DNA from: Eledone cirrhosa
Lineage: Eukaryota
Direction: 5' to 3'
Assembly (NCBI GenBank): GCA_964016885.1
Contig: OZ024740.1
Span: forward strand, 380,122,001-380,186,000
DNA length: 64,000 nucleotides
Shown: in pieces, positions 1 to 14,060 of the stretch
How positions within the stretch are numbered: position 1 is the first letter of the stretch
How the letters are laid out: each line of letters opens with the position of its first letter
Notes under the pieces: generated by a model
What the model was told of the DNA's origin: nothing
The model's database searches: none
The model's input: the letters and a program-made list of their open reading frames with translations, nothing else
Position numbers and translations under genes: made by a program

Positions 1-187
1 TGTGTGTGTGTGTGTTTGCGTGCGTTCTTTCAATCGTCAAATATCTCACTGGGATGAGCTGAACTTTTACTACCTCCGACCATCACCGCCTATTTATCGT
101 ATATCCTCTGGCATATATTTAAGCATACCAACCTATTACATTCCCTCAGTAGAGGGAATTTTCCATTTCCCTTATAAGAGAGTTATT

Positions 188-188
<1 letters not shown>

Positions 189-281
<93 letters not shown>

Positions 282-352
282 ATGTATGTATGTATATGTA
301 TGTATGTATTTATGTATGTATGTACGTATGTATGTATGCATATATACAAATG
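189..352. repeat. Compound microsatellite (CA)n(TA)n(TATG)n
   Basis: Directly visible; explains the HTHT/IYIY/CMYV ORFs at 2-386. Confidence 0.95.
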
Positions 353-799
353 TATGCATGCATGTTTATATCCTAACTACTCTTGACGTCAACCATATAT
401 CACTTAGCTAAACAAGTAAATGTATTAGCTCAACAGCGGCAGATTGTGAATACGCACCGAAACATCTAGATGTTCCGTGATATAACTTGTGGTAAATATT
501 CCCGGTATTGTGTCTGTAATATATTTAAAGTCAATTCCTCCCGTTTGTTGAATTCGTATAGACGCATAATCATAGCATTATCTTTTGAGCGTGATTAAAT
601 ATCTCAGATAGAAGAAATAAAATTAGTAAAGGTAGGTATTGTAATGAGTTACCGCCCAACGGTTGAGCTCGTACCATTTTGACAATGAGTAGATAACTAA
701 TGATTTCATACAAAGTAGATGTATTTTCTATATGAAATAAAGACATATATATATATATATATTTACATACACATTTTGAGGAGCAGTAGGTCACATAAT

Positions 800-1990
800 A
801 TACTAGATGTCTTTCACAAATGTTGTTTTCGAGCAATCTATGTTTTATACATTCGAAGACAAAATAACTAACGCTAACCTCATCATTGCGAATAAAATTG
901 GCAGCTTTCAAACCTTTCTTATGAAATCAGAACTACGTTGGACTGGTAATGTGATCGAAATCTATATATATAAAGCTGTGGTTGTCTGTCTATCGATTTT
1001 TGGCACACATCTCCTCTTAGAATCTCTCACGGAATTGCACCGAAATTGCTATACTTGTACATTGAGCCCTAGCGAAGACATCGGAAAAAAAATATTTCAA
1101 ATTGACCCACCCTATGTGACGAAATCGAATCTAATGTATCGATTTTTGAGCGTAAGTGACGAGTTATTTCCCTTTGTTCTGTTTACATTTTCTGCGTGCA
1201 AAAATTAAAAAAATTACGCTGGCTTTCTCAGCGTTTAAAATGACATTAACACAATACACGAACAGTTGTCGAGCCAGCAAAATTTTGACCTGCAAAATTC
1301 ATCAGTTCGAACACTAAACTTCCGTTTTGCTTCATTTCCATTTAAAAGCCTTTTAAAACAATATTTTTACTTGAAAACAAGTCTATTTAAAGACTACGTA
1401 AAACAAGCAAATATTTCGTAAAAAAAAAAGCAAAAATTATATAAGTTTATTTAAAATATATGTATCTGTAAATTTCGTTAGGCGTGCAGACAGACAGTCG
1501 TGCAGACAGACTTTAAGCCAAAAAAGAAACTTAACATTGTAACTTTAACACAGCTACTGAGCGACCCCGAGCAACGCCGGGCTTTACTGCTAGTGAATGA
1601 TAAAATAATACCAAAAGTCATCATGATAGTGGATATGGAAATATCTGACGGCCATAGCTCATATACACAGATAAGCTGAAGAGTAATCTTTCAGCAACCA
1701 ATATAACTTATGAAACATTTGAGCAAGTGGCATTGGAACGGAAGGACGTGAGATCTGTATGTCATAATGGCATCAGAAACTTCGAGCCCGGTTGTATCCA
1801 TAGGCTACAAGAAGCAGAAAGAAGAGACAAGCATTATCAAATATGCGAGGAATATTGTCCAGTAAACCTCATCCTTGCACAACTTGCTTGCAAATACTTG
1901 GCAGATCTAAAATATCATACCCGACATAAACATCCAAACTGAATGGACTGGATAGTTAGTTCGGATCCTCATACGTCGAAACCGCCGGTA
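800..1990 (+). mobile_element. Degenerate RTE-type LINE 3' fragment, interrupted by a Helitron
   Basis: FLMKSELRWTGNVI (about 915-957) resembles the RTE ORF2 C-terminal motif (MKSQLRWAGHV). After the insert it resumes with LKSNLSATNITYETFEQVALERKDVRSVCHNGIRNFE (about 1676-1790), resembling the RTE LK..L....I....WE..A.DR..WR...G...FE motif. Confidence 0.6.
961..1593 (+). mobile_element. Non-autonomous Helitron
   Basis: Begins A|TCTATATATATAAAG. Ends with a GC-rich hairpin CCCGAGCAACGCCGGG, then CTAG|T. Inserted between A and T with no TSD, splitting an RTE fragment. Confidence 0.85.
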
Positions 1991-1997
1991 GATTCCA

Positions 1998-2035
<38 letters not shown>

Positions 2036-2036
<1 letters not shown>

Positions 2037-2746
2037 AAAAAAAGAAAAGAATGACTTCATTTGTAATTATAAACAATTTAATTTTATAATATTATAATTT
2101 TACAATTTGGTTTTGTAATTCGTCGGTGGGGATTGTCAAACGGGTCTCAAGTTGTGTTGTGAGATTTGCGTGAGTGGGGGGGGGGGGTTAATGAGTGTGG
2201 GAGTGAAGGTGTATTGATAAAGATTTCAATGAAAATAGTGAATGGTAAAATCAAGATAATTGATTGAGAGAGGTATTGGGGTGTTTAAGGAGTTTTTCTA
2301 GAAAGGTCTTGTGAAAGTGCCCTCCTGCTGGTTCCATTTCAATAGACGAATAAAATATAATATATTGGCCAAAAGCGTTTCAAATTTTTTTCTTATAGCT
2401 GAATAAACTAACTTAAATAAAGAAAAATGTCAACAATTTTCCATACTAAAGATGAATTTCTGTGTGTGTCGGGGAGGGGGGGGGGGGGTTAATGAGGTGT
2501 AAGATACATGTCTTTTGCTAGAAAGGGGATGACAGCAAATAGTAAAATAGGGTTAGCTTTGGAATATTCATTGATAGAAATGTATGTTGTTGATATTAGT
2601 TTGGGAGAGGAGGTGGGGGGGGGGATCATGCTAGCTCACGTATTTATTTCCCTACATATAAACATACATAAACCCATATACCTATTCTAGTTCATACATA
2701 CCTATATATTTACACATACACATGCACTCAAACATATATACTTATA

Positions 2747-2780
<34 letters not shown>

Positions 2781-4195
2781 CACATACATGCATACATACA
2801 CACATATGTATACACATACATGTACACCTACAAACATACATACATATCTACACACACATATCTATTCAAGTATTTAAGTTCACATACATATTTGGGTGAG
2901 AAATTAGTGAATAGTAGTGTACCTTTGGGGGTTGCTCTCTTAAACGATCGAATGAAATTGTGAGTTTTACCCACTTCTATATGGATATTTTTTTCTCTTT
3001 TTTCAATATGTGATTTATTAAAAAAAAGAGAAAATCCCATTATTGGAAAATGGAATATCATTTTTGTCTTGTGTGTTCAGTAGCGCTTTGTACTTTCTAA
3101 TGAAGAATTCTTCTTTATATTTCCGGAAATGTTCATTGTCCGACCATATCTTAAAGAAGGAGAAGATTGTGATCATTTCCTTTCCGCATGATGCGAAGCG
3201 TTCATTGCATGTGGTGTTTCTGACAGAAGGATCTCTAATATGTTGTTTATGTACACTATCTCTGTTGTGTAGACCCGTTCCGGTTTAACCAATAAAGTAT
3301 GCTTTACATTGTGGGTAGGTTGCACAGTAAATTAAGTTTTTTGTTTTGCGATTCATGTATGCATTAACTATGAAAATCTCATCATTTTTAAAGGAGATTT
3401 GCTCACCCTCTTCAGTTTATTCACAAGTTCTGCATCGAAGGTCCCCGCATTTCTTAACTTGCATTGTTTCATTGTCAGACATAATTTTCGCCTTGGTAAG
3501 CAGTTTATTTTTAAATTGGGTGCTTGGCATCTACTATTTATTATTTGTGAGTCTTTTATGAGTGCATTCATTTTAGGGAACTGCTGGAGAATCGGGACAT
3601 ATTGTTTAGCGGCTTTCACAATGTTGAAGTTCCTTGGATTGTTTTTCTCAGTGTTGTCACTGGGATTTTCTGGGGCCTTGGAGATGGCCCTATTGATGAG
3701 GTTCACCGGATATTCTTGTCTTTTAAGGAACCCTTTTAGTTCATATCATCTTTTTTCCTGTAGTGTTTGGTGTGTTACTATAGGGAAAATGCGTCTTGCC
3801 ATGTTAAAGGGAACGTTCCTTTTGGTATGTGACGGGTGTGCTGATCGGAAATTCAAGTATTGGTGTGTGTCTGTTTCTGTTTGTAAAATTTGTTTTGATA
3901 TTTCCTCTTTCTTGAATGATAAGGGTATCCAGAAACGGTAGCTCCTTTTTATTACATTCAATGGTAAATTGTATTGCTTCGTGAAGTCTGTTGATGATGG
4001 AATGGAATAAAGGTTTTCTTAGCTTCTATTCCAGAAGATGAAGCAGTCGTTTAGGTAACGTTTCCTGTTGTTATTAATGTAGGTGGCGAAGTCGTGGCTG
4101 AACGTTTCCTGCAGCTGGCAATATAATTTTGCCTCTAGATGACCCATAACGAGTGATGCATATGTTAGGGCTACTTTGGTGCCCATGGCCATTCA
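2036..4195 (-). mobile_element. Penelope-like retroelement, 5'-truncated and degenerate (RT, GIY-YIG endonuclease, 3' non-coding region)
   Basis: Minus-strand translation gives MAMGTKVALTYASLVMGHLE (PLE GTAMGTK.APTYANL.MG motif), RKRYLNDCFIFW (RYIDD motif), ETDTHQYLNFRSAHPSHTKRNVPF (PLE thumb region) and NLIYCATYPQCKAYFIG*TGT..HNR..VHKQ (GIY-YIG). Stops and frameshifts present. The 3' end abuts (TA)n at 2001-2033. Confidence 0.9.
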
Positions 4196-4488
4196 AATAT
4201 AATATATTTTATTCACCAAATGCCGTCTATTTAAAAGCAACCCAGATCTCTTATATATAGAGTAGCACATCACAACTCAACCTGAGATCAGTTTGGCAAT
4301 CGCCACCGACGAATGCGAGAAAGTTCTCCAGGAAAGTTAACCACCGATGTTAACAAAAACTTTCTAGATCTAAAAAACCAAATTGTAAAATCATAACATT
4401 ATAAAATTACATTGTTTAGAACTACAAATGAAATCATTCTTTTCCTTTTTTCAAATATACCTAACTCTACCAAGGATTTCACACATTT

Positions 4489-4525
<37 letters not shown>

Positions 4526-4713
4526 TGAAGTTAATATGTCCAAGGATACTAGGTACCCCTAGAAATACATAGGTTGTCTATGATTCAAGGTTGTTCAATG
4601 GTATTAATTTGATACACCAGAACTTTAATATTAAGATAAGCAGAACAAGTAAAATTCAATCAATTCTTTAAAATACATTAAAAAATATAATATAAATATT
4701 TACCTCTCCTAGT

Positions 4714-4797
4714 GGCCCTTACTGATCAGTTTCGCTTTGTAAAACCTCATAAATCCGATGGATTTCTGATGGAAAACCAAAGCTCATCAGAGAAGCA
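4714..4797 (-). ncRNA. Type I hammerhead ribozyme
   Basis: Minus strand: gcttct CTGATGA gctttg...caaagc GAAA CTGATCAG TA agggc. Confidence 0.85.
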
Positions 4798-5220
4798 TTT
4801 TCCTTTCCTAGGGCTAAACGTCCCAGGAACGACAAAATATATGGCCTCCTGCCAGCAAATAAAGGTCTGAAAGGTCGTAAAAGTGACCCGTATGTAAACT
4901 GGACCGAAGTAAAAGCGGGAAAATCAAAGACTTGCTGTCTACAATTACTACTAAAAAAAAATAAAAATAAAAATAAAAATAGCAGCTAAATAGAACAACA
5001 GATTTGTTCTCAACATAACGGAATATAATGAATTAAGTTAATATGTCCAAGGATACTAGGTACCCCTAGAAATACATAGGTTGTCTATGATTCAAGGTTG
5101 TTCAATGGTATTAATTTGATACACCAGAACTTTAATATTAAGATAAGCAGAACAAGTAAAATTCAATCAATTCTTTAAAATACATTAAAAAATATAATAT
5201 AAATATTTACCTCTCCTAGT

Positions 5221-5304
5221 GGCCCTTACTGATCAGTTTCGCTTTGTAAAACCTCATAAATCCGATGGATTTCTGATGGAAAACCAAAGCTCATCAGAGA
5301 AGCA
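5221..5304 (-). ncRNA. Type I hammerhead ribozyme (tandem copy)
   Basis: Same as 4714-4797, one 507-bp period away. Confidence 0.85.
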
Positions 5305-5708
5305 TTTTCCTTTCCTAGGGCTAAACGTCCCAGGAACGACAAAATATATGACCTCCTGCCAGCAAATAAAGGTCTGTATTAAAGTTCTGGTGTATCAAAT
5401 TAATACCATTGAACAACCTTGAATCATAGACAACCTATGTATTTCTAGGGGTACCTTGAACATATTAACTTCATTCATTATCCTCCGTTATGTTGAGAAC
5501 AAATCTGTTGTTCTATTTAGCTGGTATTTTTTTTTTATTTTTTTTTTTTTTTTAGTAGTAATTGTAGACAGCAAGTCTTTGATTTTCCCGCTTTTACTTC
5601 GGTCCAGTTTACATACGGGTCACTTTTACGACCTTTCAGACCTTTATTTGCTGGCAGGAGGTCATATATTTTGTCGTTCCTGGGACGTTTAGCCCTAGGA
5701 AAGGAAAA

Positions 5709-5792
5709 TGCTTCTCTGATGAGCTTTGGTTTTCCATCAGAAATCCATCGGATTTATGAGGTTTTACAAAGCGAAACTGATCAGTAAGGGCC
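5709..5792 (+). ncRNA. Type I hammerhead ribozyme (inverted copy)
   Basis: CTGATGA at 5716-5722; stem II GCTTTG/CAAAGC; GAAA at 5773-5776; palindromic stem III ACTGATCAGT; GUA cleavage triplet. Confidence 0.85.
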
Positions 5793-5874
5793 ACTAGGAC
5801 AGGTAAATATTTATATTATATTTTTTAATGTATTTTAAAGAATTGATTGAATTTTACTTGTTCTGCTTATCTTA

Positions 5875-5994
<120 letters not shown>

Positions 5995-6269
5995 ATATAC
6001 AACCAAATGTACGGTTATACTTGTATATTCCAAGGATCTTTACACTATGAATAGGCGTAGCCTGCTTCCCACCGATAACAACTACTTCCTATCTTTGCCA
6101 ACTTGAGCATGACGAGGTCTAAAGTAACAATATTGCGCTTGAAGAAACCTTTTGGAATGAATACCAAAAAAATTCTGAACATTGATTATTTTATATCTTC
6201 TATTGTAATGTATTAACACATACACACACACACACCATTCACACACAACACGCTCACACACAAGCACAC

Positions 6270-6334
<65 letters not shown>

Positions 6335-6917
6335 CGCACAACTACCTATCTCTATCGCTCTCTCTCTCTCTCTCTCTCTCTCTGTATATATATGAGTGTG
6401 CGTGCGTATATTTCTCCCATTGTATATGTATATATATAATGGGAGAAATATGACAGGTATATATTCATATTTTGATAGTATTATGTAAAATAAAGTGTCA
6501 AAAATATGTTGAATTTGATTGTATCAGTGTCAGTGACCAGGTTTTAAATGAACGGCGAAATGTTTAGACACTTAATAATACACCATACTACCACTGTGAT
6601 TAAACAATGTAACTATATTTGTATGCTTTATATAACTATCTCGGCAGTTCGACAATATAATTGTTATATATTTATTCCACCATCTCATCACACTCACACA
6701 CACACACACATACATACACACACACAGATACATACAGACACATATAGATAATTTTCAAACAAAAGGAAAGGTTTTCAATGCAAGAATTAGTTGATATTTA
6801 CACACACACACACACAAATATATATATATATATAAGTATGTATATGTGTATGTATACGCATATCCTGATGAAGTCATTTCTATATTAATAATGGTTTCTT
6901 TACAAAATAATAAAATA

Positions 6918-7248
6918 ATAATTGTTTCTACTTTAGTGCATTACTGGTGCTTTATTTTATCGACCCCGTAAGGATGAAAGGCAAAGTCAACCTCGGCGGG
7001 ATTTGAACTCAGATCGTAAAGGGAGGTAACTATGCTGGAAAGCATGGTTTTCTATATTAATAATAATAATTATTGTTTCTACAATAGGCACAAGGCCAGT
7101 AATTATCCCAGTACATTACTGGTGCTTTATTTTATCGACCCCGTAAGGATGAAAGGCATACTTAACCTCGGGGCGATTTGAACTCAGGCCGTAAAGGGCC
7201 GTAACTCTATGCTGCAAAGCAAAGCGTCCAACCCTTTACCGATACTGC
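6918..7248 (-). mobile_element. Two adjacent copies of a tRNA-type SINE
   Basis: Reverse complement of the recurring consensus GAGTTCAAATCCCGCCGAGGTTAACTTTGCCTTTCATCCTTACGGGGTCGATAAAATAAAGTACCAGTAATGCACTGGG...GTAGAAACAATT(ATT)n, which has a B-box-like GAGTTCAAATCC. Confidence 0.85.
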
Positions 7249-8717
7249 CAATCTTATAGAAAATCTCGAACGTAAGAAATATTTGTGATCACAGTTGATT
7301 TGTATAAATAATAGCTTAAAAATTCGGGAAAAATAACTGTATTGACGGAAATACTGACCAGCGTTCAACACACTCCAATGTATATTTAAAGCTGTCCTTC
7401 TGATGGATATTATTTGTGGCAGCACTAGATTTCTGCCAAACATTCAAAACCATAGATTCCACAAACACGACGTTTTAGTTGTAATATCTCGGTATATTTT
7501 CTTGTCATTGTCTGGCAAGCATTTCCACATTAATTGAAAAGTTAATATCTAACATGTTTATTACTCATGCCATTTTATTAACATTGACATAATTAGTATA
7601 TTAACAAAGGTTCCAATTGAAAAAAACTTACCAACTTCAAAATAGAGAAAACACTTAATGAAAAATCAACATTGTCACCTGGCAATGATATGGAATTTTG
7701 AAGCTAACTATCAGAATAGCATACTTCCAACTATAATATATGTTAATGTCTGTACGGAGTGGATATAAGTATACCCTAATCGCCAACATTGATTAACATC
7801 TATGTGGAACACTTTAAAAATATAGTTTTGCTAAGTGCAGCTCAAGGTCACAGCTTGATTCACATATCTGAATGATACCCTAATTTCTGATATAACTATG
7901 AAAATATGAACTCCATACCTAACATTAAACCATTCCCTATGAAGAAATAAAATATTAATCCCATGAAATTCCTAGATTCATTTTTTATATCTGTATAAAA
8001 AGCAGAAGCATACATCAATTTACAGTATTTTGTTGTTTTGAATTCCTCTCAACAGTTAAAGAAGGAAATATAAGCGATTCACAAATCAGTTTTCCGCCAT
8101 CATAGAATAGTAGTGTTTTCACCTAGCTAAGAACTTTGATCCCCAGTCAAACAGTTTCAGTAAATTCGTTAGTCAAAATTATTTTTCTCATTAGAGGTTG
8201 TGACACCAGCCATTTGTGATGACTCCTTCCCATTAAGTCTAATGTGAAGAAACCGAGAACCTAATTTCCGTCAGTAAAACAGTGCTTCACTTTTTATTCC
8301 TGACTCTGATTTTGTCTTCGAACGATTCAATTATGCATTATTTAAGCAATTATTTCTTTTAATCTCATATTTGATTTTCAATGCAAGTAAAATTTCCGCT
8401 ATATTGAGAGCGTAAGTTACATGCTATATTTGACACTCAGCAACCCAGTTTATCGATTAAATGCATATTCAACGGTGTTCATCAGACATAAAACTAAACA
8501 ATTAAATAATTATTCCATGACTATTCAAAAGTAATATTTGGGTTATCCCAGAGATCAACATACTTAAACTCTAATCAAAATATAAAATAGAATAATGCAT
8601 GTACAAAACTTAAACGCATTTTAATAACGATTCACAAAAATAATAATCCACAAGTGCCGATACATAACATATAAAACGTCTAATAGAAAAGGAAATGTTA
8701 ATAAACATGAGGGGTAA

Positions 8718-8719
<2 letters not shown>

Positions 8720-8748
<29 letters not shown>

Positions 8749-8809
8749 CTTCTTCTTCTTCTTCTTCTTCTTCTTCTTCTTCTTCTTCTTCTTCTTCTTT
8801 TTCTTCTTC
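8720..8809. repeat. (CTT)n microsatellite
   Basis: Directly visible; source of the poly-E and poly-L ORFs. Confidence 0.95.
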
Positions 8810-8839
8810 ATGGAAGAAGTGTCCCCAAACACTACTTCC

Positions 8840-9255
8840 AGCGGGTCCTGCCAGAAGCGACTGTCTCTGACCACTCCTATTTGCTTTGTATTTCTCTGCC
8901 ATGCTGGAAACGTCTTTTTCGAATGTCAAAGAGGGAGCTAGGTTTGATTATAGAACAAGTGGTGAATTGTGCAACCAGCAACGCTTCAAAGCAGGAACTA
9001 GGACCATAGTGCAAATTGCTCGTGACTTACTATTTGCAGACGACTGTGCACTTGTGACACACAACTTTGAGGAAATGCAGTGGATCGCTGACAACTTCTC
9101 TCACAGGCTCTGACAACTTCTCTCACGCGTCTAAAGCCTTTGGTCTGACCATCAGTATTAAAAAGCTGGAGCTTATCTATCCTCCGGCTGTTGTTCCTAC
9201 TATTTATGTCGACGGAAAGGCATTGGAAACTATTTCCTCCTTCACCTATCTACGC
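8840..9255 (+). mobile_element. RTE LINE reverse-transcriptase fragment
   Basis: PLLFALYFSAML...YRTSGELCNQQRFKAGTRT..IARDLLFADDCALV...FSHASKAFGLTISIKK, typical of RTE RT. Confidence 0.9.
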
Positions 9256-9259
9256 CATA

Positions 9260-10130
9260 CTGCTAATAAAGCCACCCATATCAGACGATTCCACAAGGTA
9301 CTAGAGATTAACGGTTACCCAGCTTCCTTCTTCACCCCACGACGAAACCCCCCAGACCCATATACCGGACCAACTTAAACAACAGTTGTTTCTTCAAGAT
9401 TCCACATCTCAGCGAGGGAACCACCAAAGCCATACGTAAAGCCATTAGAAGAGAGGACCTCAATATATAAATAGCTCACTCTGGACCTTCCCTGTGGAGA
9501 TGCCTCTCCACAAGATAAACCCCCCCCCACCCCAACGAGGTTAACGGATGAACTCTAGCCAATGGCTCTACTCACAACACTAATTGTTGCCTACGTACCT
9601 ACGTAACTACGTACCTACGTAGTATACAATAGAACGTAACAAGTACAATCTATTTTACATAGGCAGCATTATTCGACCGTTACATCTCCGTATTACAGAG
9701 CATGTTAACACCAACTCTTCTTCCTTCCGCAAACACATTGCCAAATGTGGGAACCGGGGAAACATTACCACCACAATCTTAGCTACCAAACGCAGTATAG
9801 GCACGCTGAGAATTAAGGAAGCCCTCTTAATCAAGAAATTAAAACCTAGGGTCAATAATCGAATGGAAAGAAATGCACCAGAATGGCCAATTTAAAAAGC
9901 CTGGATTCCAACATCATAATGGCCAGTTTCATTCTTTCTTTCTTTTAAATTAAATCTATGTCCTCACTAGGCAAACACACTTAGACTCACACACGCACGT
10001 ACATATATCGCACACATTGTTTTTCCTGTTTTATTATATACATATTCGCACACATCTTTCACTACATACAAATATTCCGCACACACATGCATATACTGAT
10101 AATATCAATTGAAAACCTGTTAGTATTTTG
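9260..10130 (+). mobile_element. Penelope-like element 3' fragment (thumb and GIY-YIG endonuclease)
   Basis: KVLEINGYPASFF and YIGSIIRPLHLRITEHVNTNSSSFRKHIAKC...LRIKEALLIKKLKPRVN, matching PLE endonuclease YIG.T.R.L..R..EH and KEAL.I...KP.LN. A decayed hammerhead-like CTGATAA...GAAA lies at about 10091-10126. Confidence 0.8.
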
Positions 10131-12119
10131 TAAATGTATATGGAAGAATTAAATTGTAAGAAGTTATACTTACTTTAAGATGGTAAATTTTAAATTTCTA
10201 GACAGATCTGTTTTGATAAATCTAAGACAAGAGGCAAACCATTAATCTTAGCAATTAGTACCAATTTTGGTAACTAGAATTTCAAGACCACGATTTTATC
10301 CTTTCAATAGGAATTGATCTTATATATAATACTGTACAACTATCAGTTATCTGTTCAGGATACACATTTAAAATGTGCTTCACAAGATGTTAAAATAACG
10401 TTTCACAGAAAAGCAGATATAACACGACAGACCGTAAATGATGCTAAAAATAGCACCAAGCCTGTCCCTGGGGCAACTCTTCTAACTGAAAAATTAGGAG
10501 CAAAAATAAGCTATATTTGAGTTTAATACTAGTAGCTTCTTAATTGATATAATCGGTATTTATTACTTTATATATCATTTTAACTTTTTGTAAAATTGTA
10601 TGCTTTGAACTAAAGTTCATCGGGCTTTTGTATTGAGAAACACAATCGGTATATATTTTCTTGTGGTAATGTGTATGTCAGTACTTGGGTGGGATCATGG
10701 TCATGCATTTTGTTGCTGGATTGAAAGGTCACCACCGTGTACATGCGAGTATGTAGACAGCTATCATCTGACAAGGTAAATCAGTCATCACGTATGTATG
10801 TATAATGTTGGGTTCCGATCCATTGATCTTATAGTCAAAAAGGAAGAAGAAAATAATATTTATAATAGAGTAATTATATAAGGGGCTTTCTGCAACATAG
10901 TTCCCCCATAGTCTTCTCTGCCACACTCACCTTCCCTTCTTCATCCTTTTCCATGTCCATACATCATATATATAGTTTTGAGCTTTCCCCTTTTTACTGC
11001 CTCAGCTGAGTGTTTAATGGCTGACTGATTCAACATGAAATTTATAAGTAACTGTCATACCTAAATATATAAAATAAAACTATTTGACTCCACACTTTGA
11101 ACGAGTTCTTAAATCAAATTATTTCCAGTTCATTGATGTTTCGCAGTTGTAGTCACATTGTGAATATAAATTGATCTGATAATACATTATATCTCGTCTG
11201 ATTATAGATTACAGATTTAGTTTTATCATCGTTATTAATTTGAGGATACAAAGCTAATAAAATACGAAAGATTGTATGGCTTAACCCTTTATTAATATCT
11301 ATATTGTTGTTGGAATAATTACAGTATATAATTAAAGAAATGGTCATGATGGTGATGATGATGATGATAATGAAGAGGAGGAGGAGGAGGAGGTAATATT
11401 GGTTACAATGATGACTTTGATGATGGTGCTGGTGGTGGATAGGAGCAAGAGAATAATTCTAAGGGAAGAAGATTGAGTGATATGAAAAAAAAAGACAAAA
11501 CGGAAAAAAATGATGGATGATGGTGATGAAGTGTGTTTTATTTTTCTCTCTCTGTCTATATGTGTGTGTCTATATGTTTGTGCATATGCGTATGTGTGTG
11601 TGAACTAATTAATCACCACGAAAGTCAAACACAAATATACACTCACAAACACAGACACACACACAAACAAATACACACCCATAAAGCCACACATCAAATT
11701 AAGCATCTACGTTGGTCGGTTTTTCAGCTGCACCTGAATATTAGTTGTGTTCCATGTACTACTAGAAATGACATTGGAATTAATTACGAGAGTTGTATAG
11801 AATTATAACCAGCGACCGAATGATAGGCGATACATTGGAAGAACGTTTAGTTGGAAAGGCGAAAAAGCCTTAGCTCACGTATGAAATATTGCTCTGCGCT
11901 CTTTTTACAGATATATTGGCTTATTTACACCAGAAGATAGACGAAAATTCGCTGAAATAATTGGCTTCATCTCACCAGAAATGCACTACAGAAAATACAG
12001 CTAGAGGTGTCGAAGTAGGATGTCAGATTGCCAAAGAAATAGTTCGTTCTTCAAACCGTACTATTGGCACTGTACTGTATCCAGAGACAGGTGAATATAT
12101 TCCCAAATAGCTCACCAAA

Positions 12120-14060
12120 ATCACCTTACTATATATTGTATACAGTGGGAGCTCTAGTTAATTGATGATGAGCCGTATTGTTGGTTTGTTTGTCCACAGA
12201 GGTAGTAGCTCACTGAACGATTCCCATCCTGTTCTTACTCTAGCTATCATGCACTCGGTACAACCTCTTCATCTAATAGTTTCAACATATAGGTAAGAGA
12301 AGCTATCAACCAATTCTATGAAGCCTTCCTGGGATTTGAAAATGTTAATGTTACTGATGATCTTCTTGCTCACTATCCCTGTGCATTTACCACAAACAAA
12401 GTTTACCTTTTTTGTTGTTTGTCGACTATCCCACTACACCTCTTGTGTATCCAACATTTGCATTGTATACAACGTATAGAGTTACCGCCTACTTCTTTTC
12501 AACATTTTAAGCAGGACCACTTTCCTGGTGGAGTCAGGGTCCTGTCTCCTTTTTAGTGCATCATTTTTCCCGTTGCAGTAATTGATGAACATGCCACTAC
12601 GCCCGTCATTGTGTATGACTTCATCTTGTACTACCTGATTGATTATGCAGGTGACCACCAACACAGAAGATTTCAGCATCTCATTTCTGACTATTTCTGA
12701 TTGCCTGACGACCTTACACTTTTTCATCTTGATTGCATCATTAACTTTATAACTGTCAATTTCGATAGCTGGTCCCTCGGTTGGGTCAGCTGAGGATAGT
12801 TTCATTTCTCTCTACTCATTCTCCATATCCATCAACCTCTCGTAATAATATTTGCAGACCTCCTTCTCTTAGCTGTCCGTGATACAGAGTGCACCAGTGT
12901 CATTTTCTACAACGGTATGGTTACGCCGGACACACTGCTTAACAATGCGAAACACCTCACATCTCTGATCCACTCGTCGCAAGTCATTGACAAACCCTCT
13001 GCTTTCAGCTTCTCTGCGAGCTATGTATACTTTTCACCTGACATATCATAGCCACTTGATATCGAACTTTATCGCTCCCATTTCTTCAGTCTTTCCCTGT
13101 CTGCCTCTATCCACTATATTGTTCCACCAACAGGTCACCCTCTCTCTGGCTGGAGCTATGCTCCAGCCACAAGTCTCCTTAGTAGCCTGCAGTAGATTCT
13201 CTCGTAGAAACGTTCAATTGTCCTCTATATCATATATATCTGACTTCCCCCTCTTATCACATGCCTCACGTAGATCTTTCTATTTAACAGTGAGGTCATT
13301 TAGCTTCTATACTCTCTTTCTCCTTATCTTCCACCATGTCTTGTTTCGTCTTGTACTTATTTTGATGTCACTAATAACTCATTTATGTGGTATGGTCCAT
13401 TCTTCTCCGGGGATGGACTTAACGTTCAAAGCCATCCACCTGTCACATTGTTTAACGAGTAAAATGTCAATCTGACTTGTCTGTTTGCCTGATTGATAGG
13501 TGATCAGATGACTGGCTAGTTTCTTGAGGTTATTGTTGCAAATAGTCAGTTTATTTGCATCACATAATTCTAGGAGCCTCATTCCCTCCTCTTTTCTCGA
13601 GCCATAATCACATCCACCGTGTACTCCAGTGTAGCCAACCATCCTGGTACTGACCAATATGTCCGTTGAAGTCGCCAGCCAGGATGATGAGATCTCTGCC
13701 ATCTGTAACTGAGATTGTCTGTAAAAGTTGCTCATAGAAGTGGTCCTTTTGCTCCTTACTAAATTCTACTTGTGGTGCGTAGCTTGAGATAATTATCGTC
13801 ATCCTATTGCCTATGACTATTCTGAGATTTATCATTCTGTCGCTTACCATAACTACTTCGGTTACCTTATCTCAGCTAGTGGAATTCCTGCCCCACCTAT
13901 TTCGTCATAATTACCTACACGGAAATGCTTGTATCTGCGTAGCGTTCTTTACATTCTTCGTTCCACCACTTTACATTCTTCGTTCCACCAGCACTATAAA
14001 GCTTGTCCTCCGAGGAATCCTCTCCACCTCGAGCAGTCTTATTTCTTTCAAAGTGACAGT
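12120..14060 (-). mobile_element. Degenerate RTE (BovB-like) LINE with APE endonuclease and RT remnants
   Basis: VSDRMINLRIVIGNRMTIIISSYAPQVEFSKEQKDHFYEQL...LIILAGDFNGHIG; GVHGGCDYGSRKEEGMRLLELCDANKLTICN...HLITYQSGKQTSQIDILLV. Confidence 0.9.

Noticed and set aside
2-386. ORFs rich in HT, IY, CV or MYVC repeats here and throughout the window
   Set aside because: Translations of di- and tetranucleotide microsatellites.
6864-6885. CTGATGA, and similarly at 24174 and 51138
   Set aside because: No stem II, GAAA, stem III and UH arrangement follows; chance or fragmentary.
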